Shown: one piece after another, positions 36,882-45,280 of the stretch | Layout: each line of letters opens with the position of its first letter | Position numbering within the stretch: position 1 is the stretch's first letter | NCBI GenBank assembly: GCA_934757845.1 | Contig: CAKVLQ010000001.1 | Span: 72,398 to 136,397, forward strand | Length of the DNA: 64,000 bases | Source of the DNA: an uncultured Clostridia bacterium | GTDB taxonomy: Bacteria > Bacillota > Clostridia > Christensenellales > UBA1242 | Direction of reading: 5' to 3' | Notes under the pieces: model-generated | What the model was told of the DNA's origin: nothing | Seen by the model: only the letters and a program-made list of their open reading frames with translations | Database searches by the model: none | Position numbers and translations under genes: made by a program

Positions 36882-39089
36882 ATGAAAAAATTAAAAATTG
36901 TTTTATGTGGAATTTTGCTATCATTTGCTAGTCTTGCATTTTTTGCTTGTGGTCCACAAGATTTTAAAGAAGAAGACCTTGTGTTTAGTCAAACCACATT
37001 CACTTATGACGGAAATTCTCATATCTTTAACATTTCTTATAAAGATGTAGAATTAACAACTGAATATTCTCTTGACGGAGAAATTTTTGTTGACAAGGAT
37101 AGCATAACTATTAGAGATGCTGGAAATTACACAGTTTATTTCAAAATTAATGCAGACGGCTTTAACGAATATGTTGGGCAAAAAGAAGTTGTGATTAATA
37201 ATGCAAATTTTGATGCCGATATGTTTGTTATTAGCAATCAAACTGTAACTTATAACGGCTATGTAAATATATTTAGTGTTACTTATCCAAATATTGAAAT
37301 TAATAATGTTTTGTATTCTTGCGACCAAGGTGCAGACAAAACTTGGAAAACAAAACAAGAATTAAATTTGATAAATCCAGGCGAATATCAAGTTTACTTT
37401 AAAGTTAGTTTTGCAAATTATAACGATTATATCAGTGAAAATCCTGTTACTTTAACAATAAATTCACTTGAATGGGGTGATAAGGTTGAAGCCTTTAATA
37501 CAGATCCTGTAACTTATGACGGGAAAAGTCATATGTTCAATTTAAGAGTAAATGGAACATCAAATTTTAATGCAAAATATCGTTTGAAAGGCGAAGAAAA
37601 TTGGAGAGATAAAACTGAACTAAATCTTGTTGATGCTGGCACATATCAAGTTGAATATAAAGTTAGTGCTAAAGGCTATTCACAAGATTTTGTTGGAGAA
37701 CAAACTTTTGTTATTAACAAAGCAACTTTGCAATCAAAATATGTTTCTTTAACAAATTCAAACACGGTTTCTTTTGACGCAAACGCACATATGTTTAATG
37801 TTAATGTTGATCCTTCTATTGCAGGAGCAAAGGTTTTATATTCAATCGATAATGGTGCAACATGGAAAGAAAGAAATCAAATTAGTTTTGTTGATGCTGG
37901 AAGCTATGTTGTTAAATTTAAAATTCAATCAAAAAACTATCAAGATTTTGAAGCGCAACAAACATACACTATTGCTCCAATTTCTTTTGATCTATTAAAA
38001 ATACAAGCAACAAATCCAATTTTTACTTATGACGGAAATGCAAAAACGTTTACTGCAAACTACACAGGTAATATTCTTGGTGGGGCAACTGTTAAAGTTG
38101 AATATCAAGTTGATAATGGGGCTTGGCAAGAAGAACCAATCTCAAGAACAGATGTTTGTGAGATTAGTGTAAAATATAGGTTAAGTGCAAAAAATTATAT
38201 AACTGAAACTAGCAATGCAATAACTTTTGTTATTCAAGAAGCATCTTTTGAAGGGCTTGTTGAAACAACTAACTTAAATGATGTTGTATATAAAGATGCA
38301 AGAAGTGCTTATATTGCTACTTATGATGGTAATGCCAAAATGTTTGGAATTAGCGTTATGAAAGATGAAACACCTATTGAAGGAGTAACAATAAAATATT
38401 CACTTGATAACCAAACTTGGACTGATGCATCAGAATTTTCTATAACTGAAATTGGAGAATATAAAGTTCATTATCAAATTTCAAAACCAAACTATAAAAC
38501 TTTTACAGGCTCTGCAAACTTGGTAATAGACCCTGCAAAATTTGACGAAAGCAAAATTTTAATAAATGGAATAGTAACCCCAAATCTTCAATTAACTTTT
38601 AATGGAACAGAACAAAAACCAGTTGTAACTTATGATGATAATATCAATTATACAGTTCAATATTCGCTAGACAACAAAACTTGGCAAGATGACCCACTAG
38701 GTTATAAAGATGTGGGCATGAATTATCAAATTTATTTTAAATTATCAGAAGAAAAACATGTTGATTATAAAGGCTTTTTCTACTTCTGCATAAACAAAGC
38801 ACAATTTGATATAGAAAAAATTTCAAGGAGTGCAAAAATAGTTTTTGACGGAGAAGCCCATTCATTTGTAGTTTCTTATGACAAAGATGCTTCTTTTGGT
38901 GAAGAAATTACGGTTGAATACAAAATATCGGGTGGAGATTGGACAACTGAAGCACCAACGGGAACTGAAGTTGGCGAATATAATGTTATTTATAGATTAA
39001 AAGCAAACAACTTTGAAACATTTGAAAGTGCATATTATTCTGAAACAGATAACACAAATGGAACATTTATTATTTATAAAGACGAATAG
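36882..39089 (+). CDS. Surface lipoprotein with eight tandem ~90-aa MBG-like (..TYDG..) repeat domains
   Basis: Signal peptide ending LAFFAC. Eight repeats each begin [FV]T[YF][DN]G..[HK].F and contain AG.Y.V.[FY]K. Confidence 0.6.
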   Translation: MKKLKIVLCGILLSFASLAFFACGPQDFKEEDLVFSQTTFTYDGNSHIFNISYKDVELTTEYSLDGEIFVDKDSITIRDAGNYTVYFKINADGFNEYVGQKEVVINNANFDADMFVISNQTVTYNGYVNIFSVTYPNIEINNVLYSCDQGADKTWKTKQELNLINPGEYQVYFKVSFANYNDYISENPVTLTINSLEWGDKVEAFNTDPVTYDGKSHMFNLRVNGTSNFNAKYRLKGEENWRDKTELNLVDAGTYQVEYKVSAKGYSQDFVGEQTFVINKATLQSKYVSLTNSNTVSFDANAHMFNVNVDPSIAGAKVLYSIDNGATWKERNQISFVDAGSYVVKFKIQSKNYQDFEAQQTYTIAPISFDLLKIQATNPIFTYDGNAKTFTANYTGNILGGATVKVEYQVDNGAWQEEPISRTDVCEISVKYRLSAKNYITETSNAITFVIQEASFEGLVETTNLNDVVYKDARSAYIATYDGNAKMFGISVMKDETPIEGVTIKYSLDNQTWTDASEFSITEIGEYKVHYQISKPNYKTFTGSANLVIDPAKFDESKILINGIVTPNLQLTFNGTEQKPVVTYDDNINYTVQYSLDNKTWQDDPLGYKDVGMNYQIYFKLSEEKHVDYKGFFYFCINKAQFDIEKISRSAKIVFDGEAHSFVVSYDKDASFGEEITVEYKISGGDWTTEAPTGTEVGEYNVIYRLKANNFETFESAYYSETDNTNGTFIIYKDE

Positions 39090-39105
39090 TTAATTAAACT
39101 TAAAC

Positions 39106-39135
39106 AAAAACTCACTAAAATAGTGAGTTTTTTTA
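39106..39135. terminator. Bidirectional terminator between convergent genes
   Basis: AAAAACTCACTA-aaa-TAGTGAGTTTTT. Confidence 0.75.
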
Positions 39136-39148
39136 ATATATCTTTAAT

Positions 39149-40300
39149 TTAATCAACATTTTTGTTTTTGTGATTTGTTATAACTTCTTTCATCATCGCT
39201 TCCATTTGTTTCATGCACTCGGCTTGATTGAAAACTTTGCTTGATTCCAAATATTTTTGTTCATACTCTTTTTTCTCTTGTGGGTGTTCAATCCAATAAT
39301 CAATAACACGAGCCAAATCTTTTGGATTTCGTTTTTTAAAAATGCATTTGTTGTCAATAGCAAATTCTTTTGTTGCTGAAAGGGTAGAGTCGGACACAAT
39401 AGTTAGTTTTCCGCACATAATTGCTTCCAAGCACGCAATGCCTTCAAGTTCAACTTCGGCTGGGTGAACATACATATCACAATAATTTAAAACATCAATA
39501 ATTTCGGTTCGAGAATAAAATTTGAAAATAGGTGTAAGTGGAAGATGTTTTGCAAGTTTTTTATACAATTTTTCTTTTGGACCTTGCCCACCCAAAATTA
39601 ATTGAATTTTATCTTTATATTTTGAATATTTTATTGCTTTAATCAAAGTGTCTTGCGATTTTTCCCTAGCATATCTTCCTGTTGAAAGCAAAACAATTTT
39701 GTTTTCAAATTCGCTTGGGCGAGGGGTTTCTCGTTTTTGCACATAATCATGCACACCATTTGATATAACATAACCAGGAGTTTGGCGTTTTATATTTTTT
39801 TCAAAAACACCTCTTATAAAATTTGTAGGGTAGTGAATTCCGTCAACATATTGATAAGTGTGTTTCCAAATATAGTTATAAACAAATTTGTTTAGTGGTT
39901 TCACTTTGTTAAGTTTAACATATGAAGTTAAATTTTCGGCTTGCATATGAAATCCGCTAGTCATTGGAATATCAAGTTCGGTTGCAATTTTAACAGCGCA
40001 CATTCCAAGGCTTAAAGGAATCATAATATGCACAATATCGCTTCCAATAATTGCACTTTTAACAATGTCAATATCGGGCTTTGCGATTGTAACGCCAACT
40101 TTGTCAACATAAGAATTGAAAATTCCAAAGTTTCGGTTTGGAACAACAAAATAATTTTCTTCACCTTTTTTGTCTTGGTCGGCACAAACAATTCTTACAG
40201 TGTGCCCCTGTTGTTTTAAAAACCTTATCAAATTCATTGCTGCAATGGTTGTTCCGTTATTCTCTTTTCCAAGCACATCGCAAACTACTGTAACTATCAT
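39149..40300 (-). CDS. Glycosyltransferase family 4 (GT-B, group 1) protein
   Basis: The N-terminal MIVTVVCDVLGKENNGTTIAAMNLIRFLKQQGHTVRIV and the C-terminal E..G....EA motif (VELEGIACLEAIMCG) are typical of GT4. Confidence 0.75.
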   Translation of the reverse strand: MIVTVVCDVLGKENNGTTIAAMNLIRFLKQQGHTVRIVCADQDKKGEENYFVVPNRNFGIFNSYVDKVGVTIAKPDIDIVKSAIIGSDIVHIMIPLSLGMCAVKIATELDIPMTSGFHMQAENLTSYVKLNKVKPLNKFVYNYIWKHTYQYVDGIHYPTNFIRGVFEKNIKRQTPGYVISNGVHDYVQKRETPRPSEFENKIVLLSTGRYAREKSQDTLIKAIKYSKYKDKIQLILGGQGPKEKLYKKLAKHLPLTPIFKFYSRTEIIDVLNYCDMYVHPAEVELEGIACLEAIMCGKLTIVSDSTLSATKEFAIDNKCIFKKRNPKDLARVIDYWIEHPQEKKEYEQKYLESSKVFNQAECMKQMEAMMKEVITNHKNKNVD

Positions 40301-40452
40301 AAATTATTCCTTTATATTATTTTATGGAGATAATAATAACATTATAATACAAAAATCGTCATTTTGTAAAACAATTTAACAAATATTATGGCTTTTTGAT
40401 AGTTTTTAGAGTTTTTTGTGTTATAATAAAAAAGATTTAATAGGAGAAATTT

Positions 40453-41277
40453 ATGAATTGGTTTGAAAAATTTATTTATGCGCTTTCTGGTGAAATGCCA
40501 ACCCCATCAAATTATGGCTGGTTTCATCTTATGTTTATTGCAATTTTTATTGGGCTAAGTGTTGCAATAGTTTTTGTAACAAAAAAACATAAATCTGAAA
40601 AATCTTTTAAAATTATTGTTTGGACAAGTTGGGCTATTATGTTTTTGCTTGAAATTTATAAACAACTTGTTTTCAGTTTAAGTGTTGCAGACGGGGTTGC
40701 AACTTGGAAATATCATTGGTATTCTTTTCCTTATCAACTTTGTTCAACGCCACTTTATGTTTTGCCAATAATTGGTTGCTTAAAAGAAAGTAAATTTCGT
40801 GATGCACTTATGAGTTTTATTTCTACCTTTGCATTTTTTGGTGGATTGGTTGTTTTTATTTACCCAGGCAATGTTTTTGTTGAAACTATTGGTATAAATT
40901 TGCAAACTATGATTCATCATGGTCTTCAAATATTTATTGGGGTTTATTTTATTTGTTATAATAAGCAAAAAATTGATTTTAAATATTTTTTAAAGGCAAT
41001 TTATGTGTTTTTAGTTTCTCTTTCGCTAGCAATGATTTTGAATTTGCTTGCTCCAACTTTCACAAATCAAACTTTTAATATGTTTTATATAAGTCCTTAT
41101 TTCCCAAGTGTTTTGCCACTTTTAGATGTTATTTATGCAAATGTGCCTTATATTTGCTATCTTTTAATTTATATTTTTGGATTTGTGCTTGCTGCATTTA
41201 TCGTTCAAGTTGTAACAATGCTTTGCACCGGCAAATTCAAAAAAAAGGAACAAACAAATGAAAAGTCTCAAAATTAG
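40453..41277 (+). CDS. Polytopic integral membrane protein (family not confidently recognised)
   Basis: About 7-8 hydrophobic segments. No diagnostic motif recognised. Confidence 0.45.
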   Translation: MNWFEKFIYALSGEMPTPSNYGWFHLMFIAIFIGLSVAIVFVTKKHKSEKSFKIIVWTSWAIMFLLEIYKQLVFSLSVADGVATWKYHWYSFPYQLCSTPLYVLPIIGCLKESKFRDALMSFISTFAFFGGLVVFIYPGNVFVETIGINLQTMIHHGLQIFIGVYFICYNKQKIDFKYFLKAIYVFLVSLSLAMILNLLAPTFTNQTFNMFYISPYFPSVLPLLDVIYANVPYICYLLIYIFGFVLAAFIVQVVTMLCTGKFKKKEQTNEKSQN

Positions 41278-41947
41278 TTTTTTTGTTTTGTTTGCTATAA
41301 TTGAAATTGTTTTTTTGGTTTTGGTTCAAGTTTTAAGGGGAGAGATTATTCCAATAATTGAATATATCAGCATTGCACTTTGTTTTGCGTATAGTTTGAT
41401 ATTTATAAAATCAAAAAAGTTAAATTTTATAATTTCAATTGCATTAGCCTTCTCGCTTTGTGCAGATGCTTGCCTTGTGCTTGCAAATCCAATAAAACAA
41501 CTTTTGGGAACAAGTTTCTTTTTGGTTGCACAAATTGTATATTGTGTTTATATAATTTTAAAAACTCAAAACAAAAAAATAAATGTGGCAAATATTATAG
41601 CAAGAGTTTGTGGCTCGGGATTAATAATTTTGATAACTTATCTTGTGTTAAAACAAAATTTTGACGCATTAAGTGCTGTTTCAATAATATATATCTTTAA
41701 TTTGCTATTAAATATTATATTTTCTTTTTTCACTTTTGGTCAAAACAAATGTTTTTCTATTGGGCTTATTTTGTTTTTTGTTTGCGACATTTTTATTGGG
41801 CTTTCTGCCGCAAATGGTGCTTACTTCACAATTTCAAATCAAGCGATAAGTTCTTTTATTAACGGACCGATTGCATGGTTATTTTATATCCCATCACAAA
41901 CGCTTTTGGCTTTTGAAACAAGTTGTGATTATAGCAAAAAGTTATAA
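41258..41947 (+). CDS. YhhN-like (lysoplasmalogenase family) integral membrane protein
   Basis: About 8 TM segments. LCADACLVL and FFVCDIFIGL resemble the paired F..(S/C)D..(L/I) motifs of YhhN/TMEM86. Confidence 0.5.
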   Translation: MKSLKISFFVLFAIIEIVFLVLVQVLRGEIIPIIEYISIALCFAYSLIFIKSKKLNFIISIALAFSLCADACLVLANPIKQLLGTSFFLVAQIVYCVYIILKTQNKKINVANIIARVCGSGLIILITYLVLKQNFDALSAVSIIYIFNLLLNIIFSFFTFGQNKCFSIGLILFFVCDIFIGLSAANGAYFTISNQAISSFINGPIAWLFYIPSQTLLAFETSCDYSKKL

Positions 41948-41967
41948 AAAAACAAAAATTGTAAAAT

Positions 41968-41999
41968 AAAAAAGAAAGTCTAACTTGACTTTCTTTTTT
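41968..41999. terminator. Bidirectional terminator shared by the YhhN-like gene and ssrA
   Basis: AAAAAAGAAAGTC-taactt-GACTTTCTTTTTT. Confidence 0.8.
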
Positions 42000-42002
42000 A
42001 TT

Positions 42003-42344
42003 TGGTGGAGACGACGGGAGTTGAACCCGTGTCCGAACAAACGATATAAAATATTTCTACATACTTATAAAATTTTTGTTTTTGTTGTGTTTGATAAATT
42101 TTCAAAAACAAACATAACTTGCCAAAAGTGAAGAAAACAAACTTGGCAATTTGTTTAATTTACCACAATAAATTGAAACTTTATTAAACTTTTGTGGGAA
42201 ATTTAATAAAATTACTGCTTAAAATTAGCAAGCAGCGGCTTTTAAATTATTATTTGCGTTTATTTTTTTTGCCTTATTTGTGTGAACTGCCTCACAGTAT
42301 GCTTAACTTTACTCTGCTTTGTCCGTCGAAACCAAATCGTCCCC
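42003..42344 (-). ncRNA. ssrA: tmRNA (SsrA), one-piece
   Basis: The reverse complement starts GGGGACGATTTGGTTTCGACGG and ends GGACACGGGTTCAACTCCCGTCGTCTCCACCA. The acceptor stem has the G3:U pair. The internal tag frame is GCA AAA AAA ATA AAC GCA AAT AAT AAT TTA AAA GCC GCT GCT TGC TAA. Confidence 0.88.
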
Positions 42345-42355
42345 AAAACAAAATA

Positions 42356-42384
42356 ATTATATGACTTATTTTTAAAAAAGTCAA
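42356..42384 (-). promoter_or_regulatory. Sigma-A type promoter of ssrA
   Basis: On the minus strand: TTGACT, 17 nt, TATAAT, then 11 nt to the GGGG 5' end. Confidence 0.6.
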
Positions 42385-42410
42385 CATAATTATTTTGTTA
42401 TACTTTAATT

Positions 42411-43175
42411 TTAATCAACTTTAACTTTAAATTCAACTTCTATTGTGTCGCCAGCGTTAAGGTTGTTAAGTTCAAAACCTGTTTCAGGATTATAACCATC
42501 TTTTTCTACGCCATCAATTTTAACACTATTTTCAACAAATGTAGTGCCTGTTGGGATTGCGTCTTTAAACATAACATTTGTGTTAACAACTGTTCCTTGA
42601 TTAGAAACCGAAATTGTATAAGTTATTTCATCTCCAGTTTTAACGGCAGTTGTGTTTGCTGTTTTTGTTAAAGTTATTTCATTATCCAAAATTTGCACAC
42701 TTGCTTCGTTTGATTGAATATCAAAGTTTTTTGAATCGGCAGAAAGCGTAACCATTGTGTTTGAAGTTATATCATTTTGATTTGGATATTTGTTTACTAA
42801 AATATCATAAGTCATGTCAAATTCACCACCCATAGGACCTATTGTTGTTTCAAAGTCGAAACCTGTTATTGGATTATAATCAGGATAAGATTGAGAACCA
42901 ATTTTTAAAGTTTCTTCAACAAAAGTTGCATCTTCACTTAAAGTGTCTTTTATGTGAATATCAGATATGCTAATGTTTGTGTTATTTGTTACAGTTGTGG
43001 TTACTGTTATTGTTTCGCTGGCAATAACCCAATTTTTTGGAAAAGTTTTTTTAACCACAAAGTCGGTGTCCATATTATTTATCACAAAAGTGTTACTTTT
43101 TGTTGAAACATCAACTTGTTGACCGCCATCATCTGACACTTTTGAAGTTAACTCTGCTGTGTTATAAATTGCCAT
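42411..43175 (-). CDS. DUF11 (conserved repeat domain) protein without signal peptide
   Basis: Two DUF11-type repeats (TKTANTTAVKTGDEITYTISVSNQGTVVNTNVMFKDAIPTGTTFVENSVKIDG, and an N-terminal copy). ATG 43175 is preceded by GGAGGA. Confidence 0.65.
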   Translation of the reverse strand: MAIYNTAELTSKVSDDGGQQVDVSTKSNTFVINNMDTDFVVKKTFPKNWVIASETITVTTTVTNNTNISISDIHIKDTLSEDATFVEETLKIGSQSYPDYNPITGFDFETTIGPMGGEFDMTYDILVNKYPNQNDITSNTMVTLSADSKNFDIQSNEASVQILDNEITLTKTANTTAVKTGDEITYTISVSNQGTVVNTNVMFKDAIPTGTTFVENSVKIDGVEKDGYNPETGFELNNLNAGDTIEVEFKVKVD

Positions 43176-43365
43176 AATGTCCTCCACAAGCAGTTTATTC
43201 AAAAAAATAAAAATGCGTTAATTTTTTTAGTTTTTTTTACTTTTTTTTGATAAAATTTTTAAATTTTTGTTAAAAATTAAATTAAATTTAAAAATTAAAC
43301 AAAAAAGAGTTATATTGTTGACAAAACAAATTTTATAACCTATAATTAAAAATAAGGAGAATATT

Positions 43366-44208
43366 ATGAAAGCAGGAAAATATATTGCATTATTTATGTG
43401 CTGTTTGGTTTTGTTCCTTGGTTGTGCCTATATTTTTGTGTGGAGCAAAAACGATGGCGACAATGGAAACGGAAACACTCAATCAGCAAATTGGTATGAT
43501 TTGCAAACTTGTGAAGTATCAGACCCACAAACAACAAGTGATTATTCATCAATTCTATCATTCGTTAATAGTTTAAAATATACTAATAACACAGTTTACA
43601 AATACACAGAAAGATATGTGTCTTATTCAAACAACAAAGTTAACACATTAAGCGTTTTGTTCAAAACAAACGATGATGAACAACAAATCAAAAATTCAAT
43701 TTTGGCACGAATTGAACAAACAAAAATTGGTGTAACAAATCCAGTTGCAGCAAACAGAACATCTATTGTTATTAACACACAAGTTATCAACAATCAACGA
43801 AATGTTCTAATTTCAAAAAATGGAGTTTCAACTTATTTTGCAACAGAAGCAGAATTTAAGAGTTCAGAAAATGGAAGCGATGGAAATATTTCATCATTAT
43901 TCCGTTCAGTGGCAGAAGATTTTGAAGGCTTGAATAATAGTAGTGCATGCTATGACAAATTTATAATTGTTGCATGTCTTGATGAATATTTTAATAATTC
44001 ATCAGCAACAACATATAAATATGCTGAAGCCAATGGAACTGTTAAAGCACTTGTATACACTGAAAATGAATATATGTTTATTGAATCAATAAACGGCGAA
44101 ATTTCAAAACTTGTTCTTGACACAAAAGATAACTACGTGTGCGTTGCGAAATATGCAGAAAGCATTCCTTATGCAAGTGATGTTGAAGCATTCAAAAAAG
44201 CAAAATAA
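43366..44208 (+). CDS. Secreted or lipid-anchored hypothetical protein
   Basis: N-terminal hydrophobic segment ending FLGC, AAGGAG RBS, terminator at 44212-44240. Confidence 0.45.
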   Translation: MKAGKYIALFMCCLVLFLGCAYIFVWSKNDGDNGNGNTQSANWYDLQTCEVSDPQTTSDYSSILSFVNSLKYTNNTVYKYTERYVSYSNNKVNTLSVLFKTNDDEQQIKNSILARIEQTKIGVTNPVAANRTSIVINTQVINNQRNVLISKNGVSTYFATEAEFKSSENGSDGNISSLFRSVAEDFEGLNNSSACYDKFIIVACLDEYFNNSSATTYKYAEANGTVKALVYTENEYMFIESINGEISKLVLDTKDNYVCVAKYAESIPYASDVEAFKKAK

Positions 44209-44311
44209 AATAAAAGCCTTTCTTAAAGAAAGGTTTTTTTATGCAAAAAATTTGCTTTTGCTATTCAAAATCACTTATTTTTATGATATAATAAAAAAAT
44301 AAGGAGAAAAA

Positions 44312-45202
44312 ATGAAAACAAAAAGAAATTCGGTTTTGGAAATTTTAAGACTGTTGGCATCTTTGTGGGTTATGAATTATCATGGCATAAGTTTGCTATC
44401 AAACACCGATTTATTTTCTAATGGAAGAATTGCTGTTGATTTCTTTTTTGTTTTAAGTGGTTTTTTCTTTTTAAATGGTATTTTAAAAGAAATAAAAACA
44501 AACAATTTGTTTAAAGACACTGCCAAATTTGTTTGGAAAAGATTTAAGCCTTTAATGTTCACTTTTTGTTTTTGTATGATTTTTTCTTTAATTTATTTTA
44601 TTGCAAATTATAAAGGCTTTTTAATTGATGATTTGTGGGGATATTTGTGGTATGTTCCTCATTTGATGTTGGTTTTTGCAGTTTATTATATTCTTAACAG
44701 AGCAATTAAAAACAAAAAAATTTTTAATATTATAACATTTGTGATTGTTTTAATCTGTTACACATTAATTTTAACAAATGTTACAAATTTTGGACTTTAT
44801 CGTGGTTTTGCGGGTGTTGGAATGGGCATTTTGATTTCACAAATTCCAACTTTAAAAAATGAAAACACAAAAAAAGTTATTCCAAGTGTTATGTTTTCTT
44901 TGATATTTATTAGCATAATAAGCCTTGTTATGTTTTGCCCAATAGCAATTCAAGACCCACTTTGCTTAATCATTTTATTTCCAGCATTAATTTATTTTGC
45001 AAATCAAATTAATTTTTCAAATTATTATATTAACAAAATTTGTTCAATAAGTTTTGGACTTTATTGCTATCAAACGGTAACAAGAGTTTTGGTTAATTTT
45101 AATTTGGTAACAAATAAATGTCAACTATTTTTTATAGTTGTGATTTTGGCAATTTTGGATAGATTTTTGGTTAAATTTGTTTATAAAAAAAAGAGCGCTT
45201 AA
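44312..45202 (+). CDS. Acyltransferase family 3 (OafA/YrhL-like) membrane protein
   Basis: LRLLASLWVMNYHG and VDFFFVLSGFF motifs, with multiple TM segments. Confidence 0.75.
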   Translation: MKTKRNSVLEILRLLASLWVMNYHGISLLSNTDLFSNGRIAVDFFFVLSGFFFLNGILKEIKTNNLFKDTAKFVWKRFKPLMFTFCFCMIFSLIYFIANYKGFLIDDLWGYLWYVPHLMLVFAVYYILNRAIKNKKIFNIITFVIVLICYTLILTNVTNFGLYRGFAGVGMGILISQIPTLKNENTKKVIPSVMFSLIFISIISLVMFCPIAIQDPLCLIILFPALIYFANQINFSNYYINKICSISFGLYCYQTVTRVLVNFNLVTNKCQLFFIVVILAILDRFLVKFVYKKKSA

Positions 45203-45280
45203 AAATGCGGTAAAATTGTTATTATTTTGATTTAATTATGCTATAATATTTTTAGAAAAACTATTTAAAGGTGGAATTTT

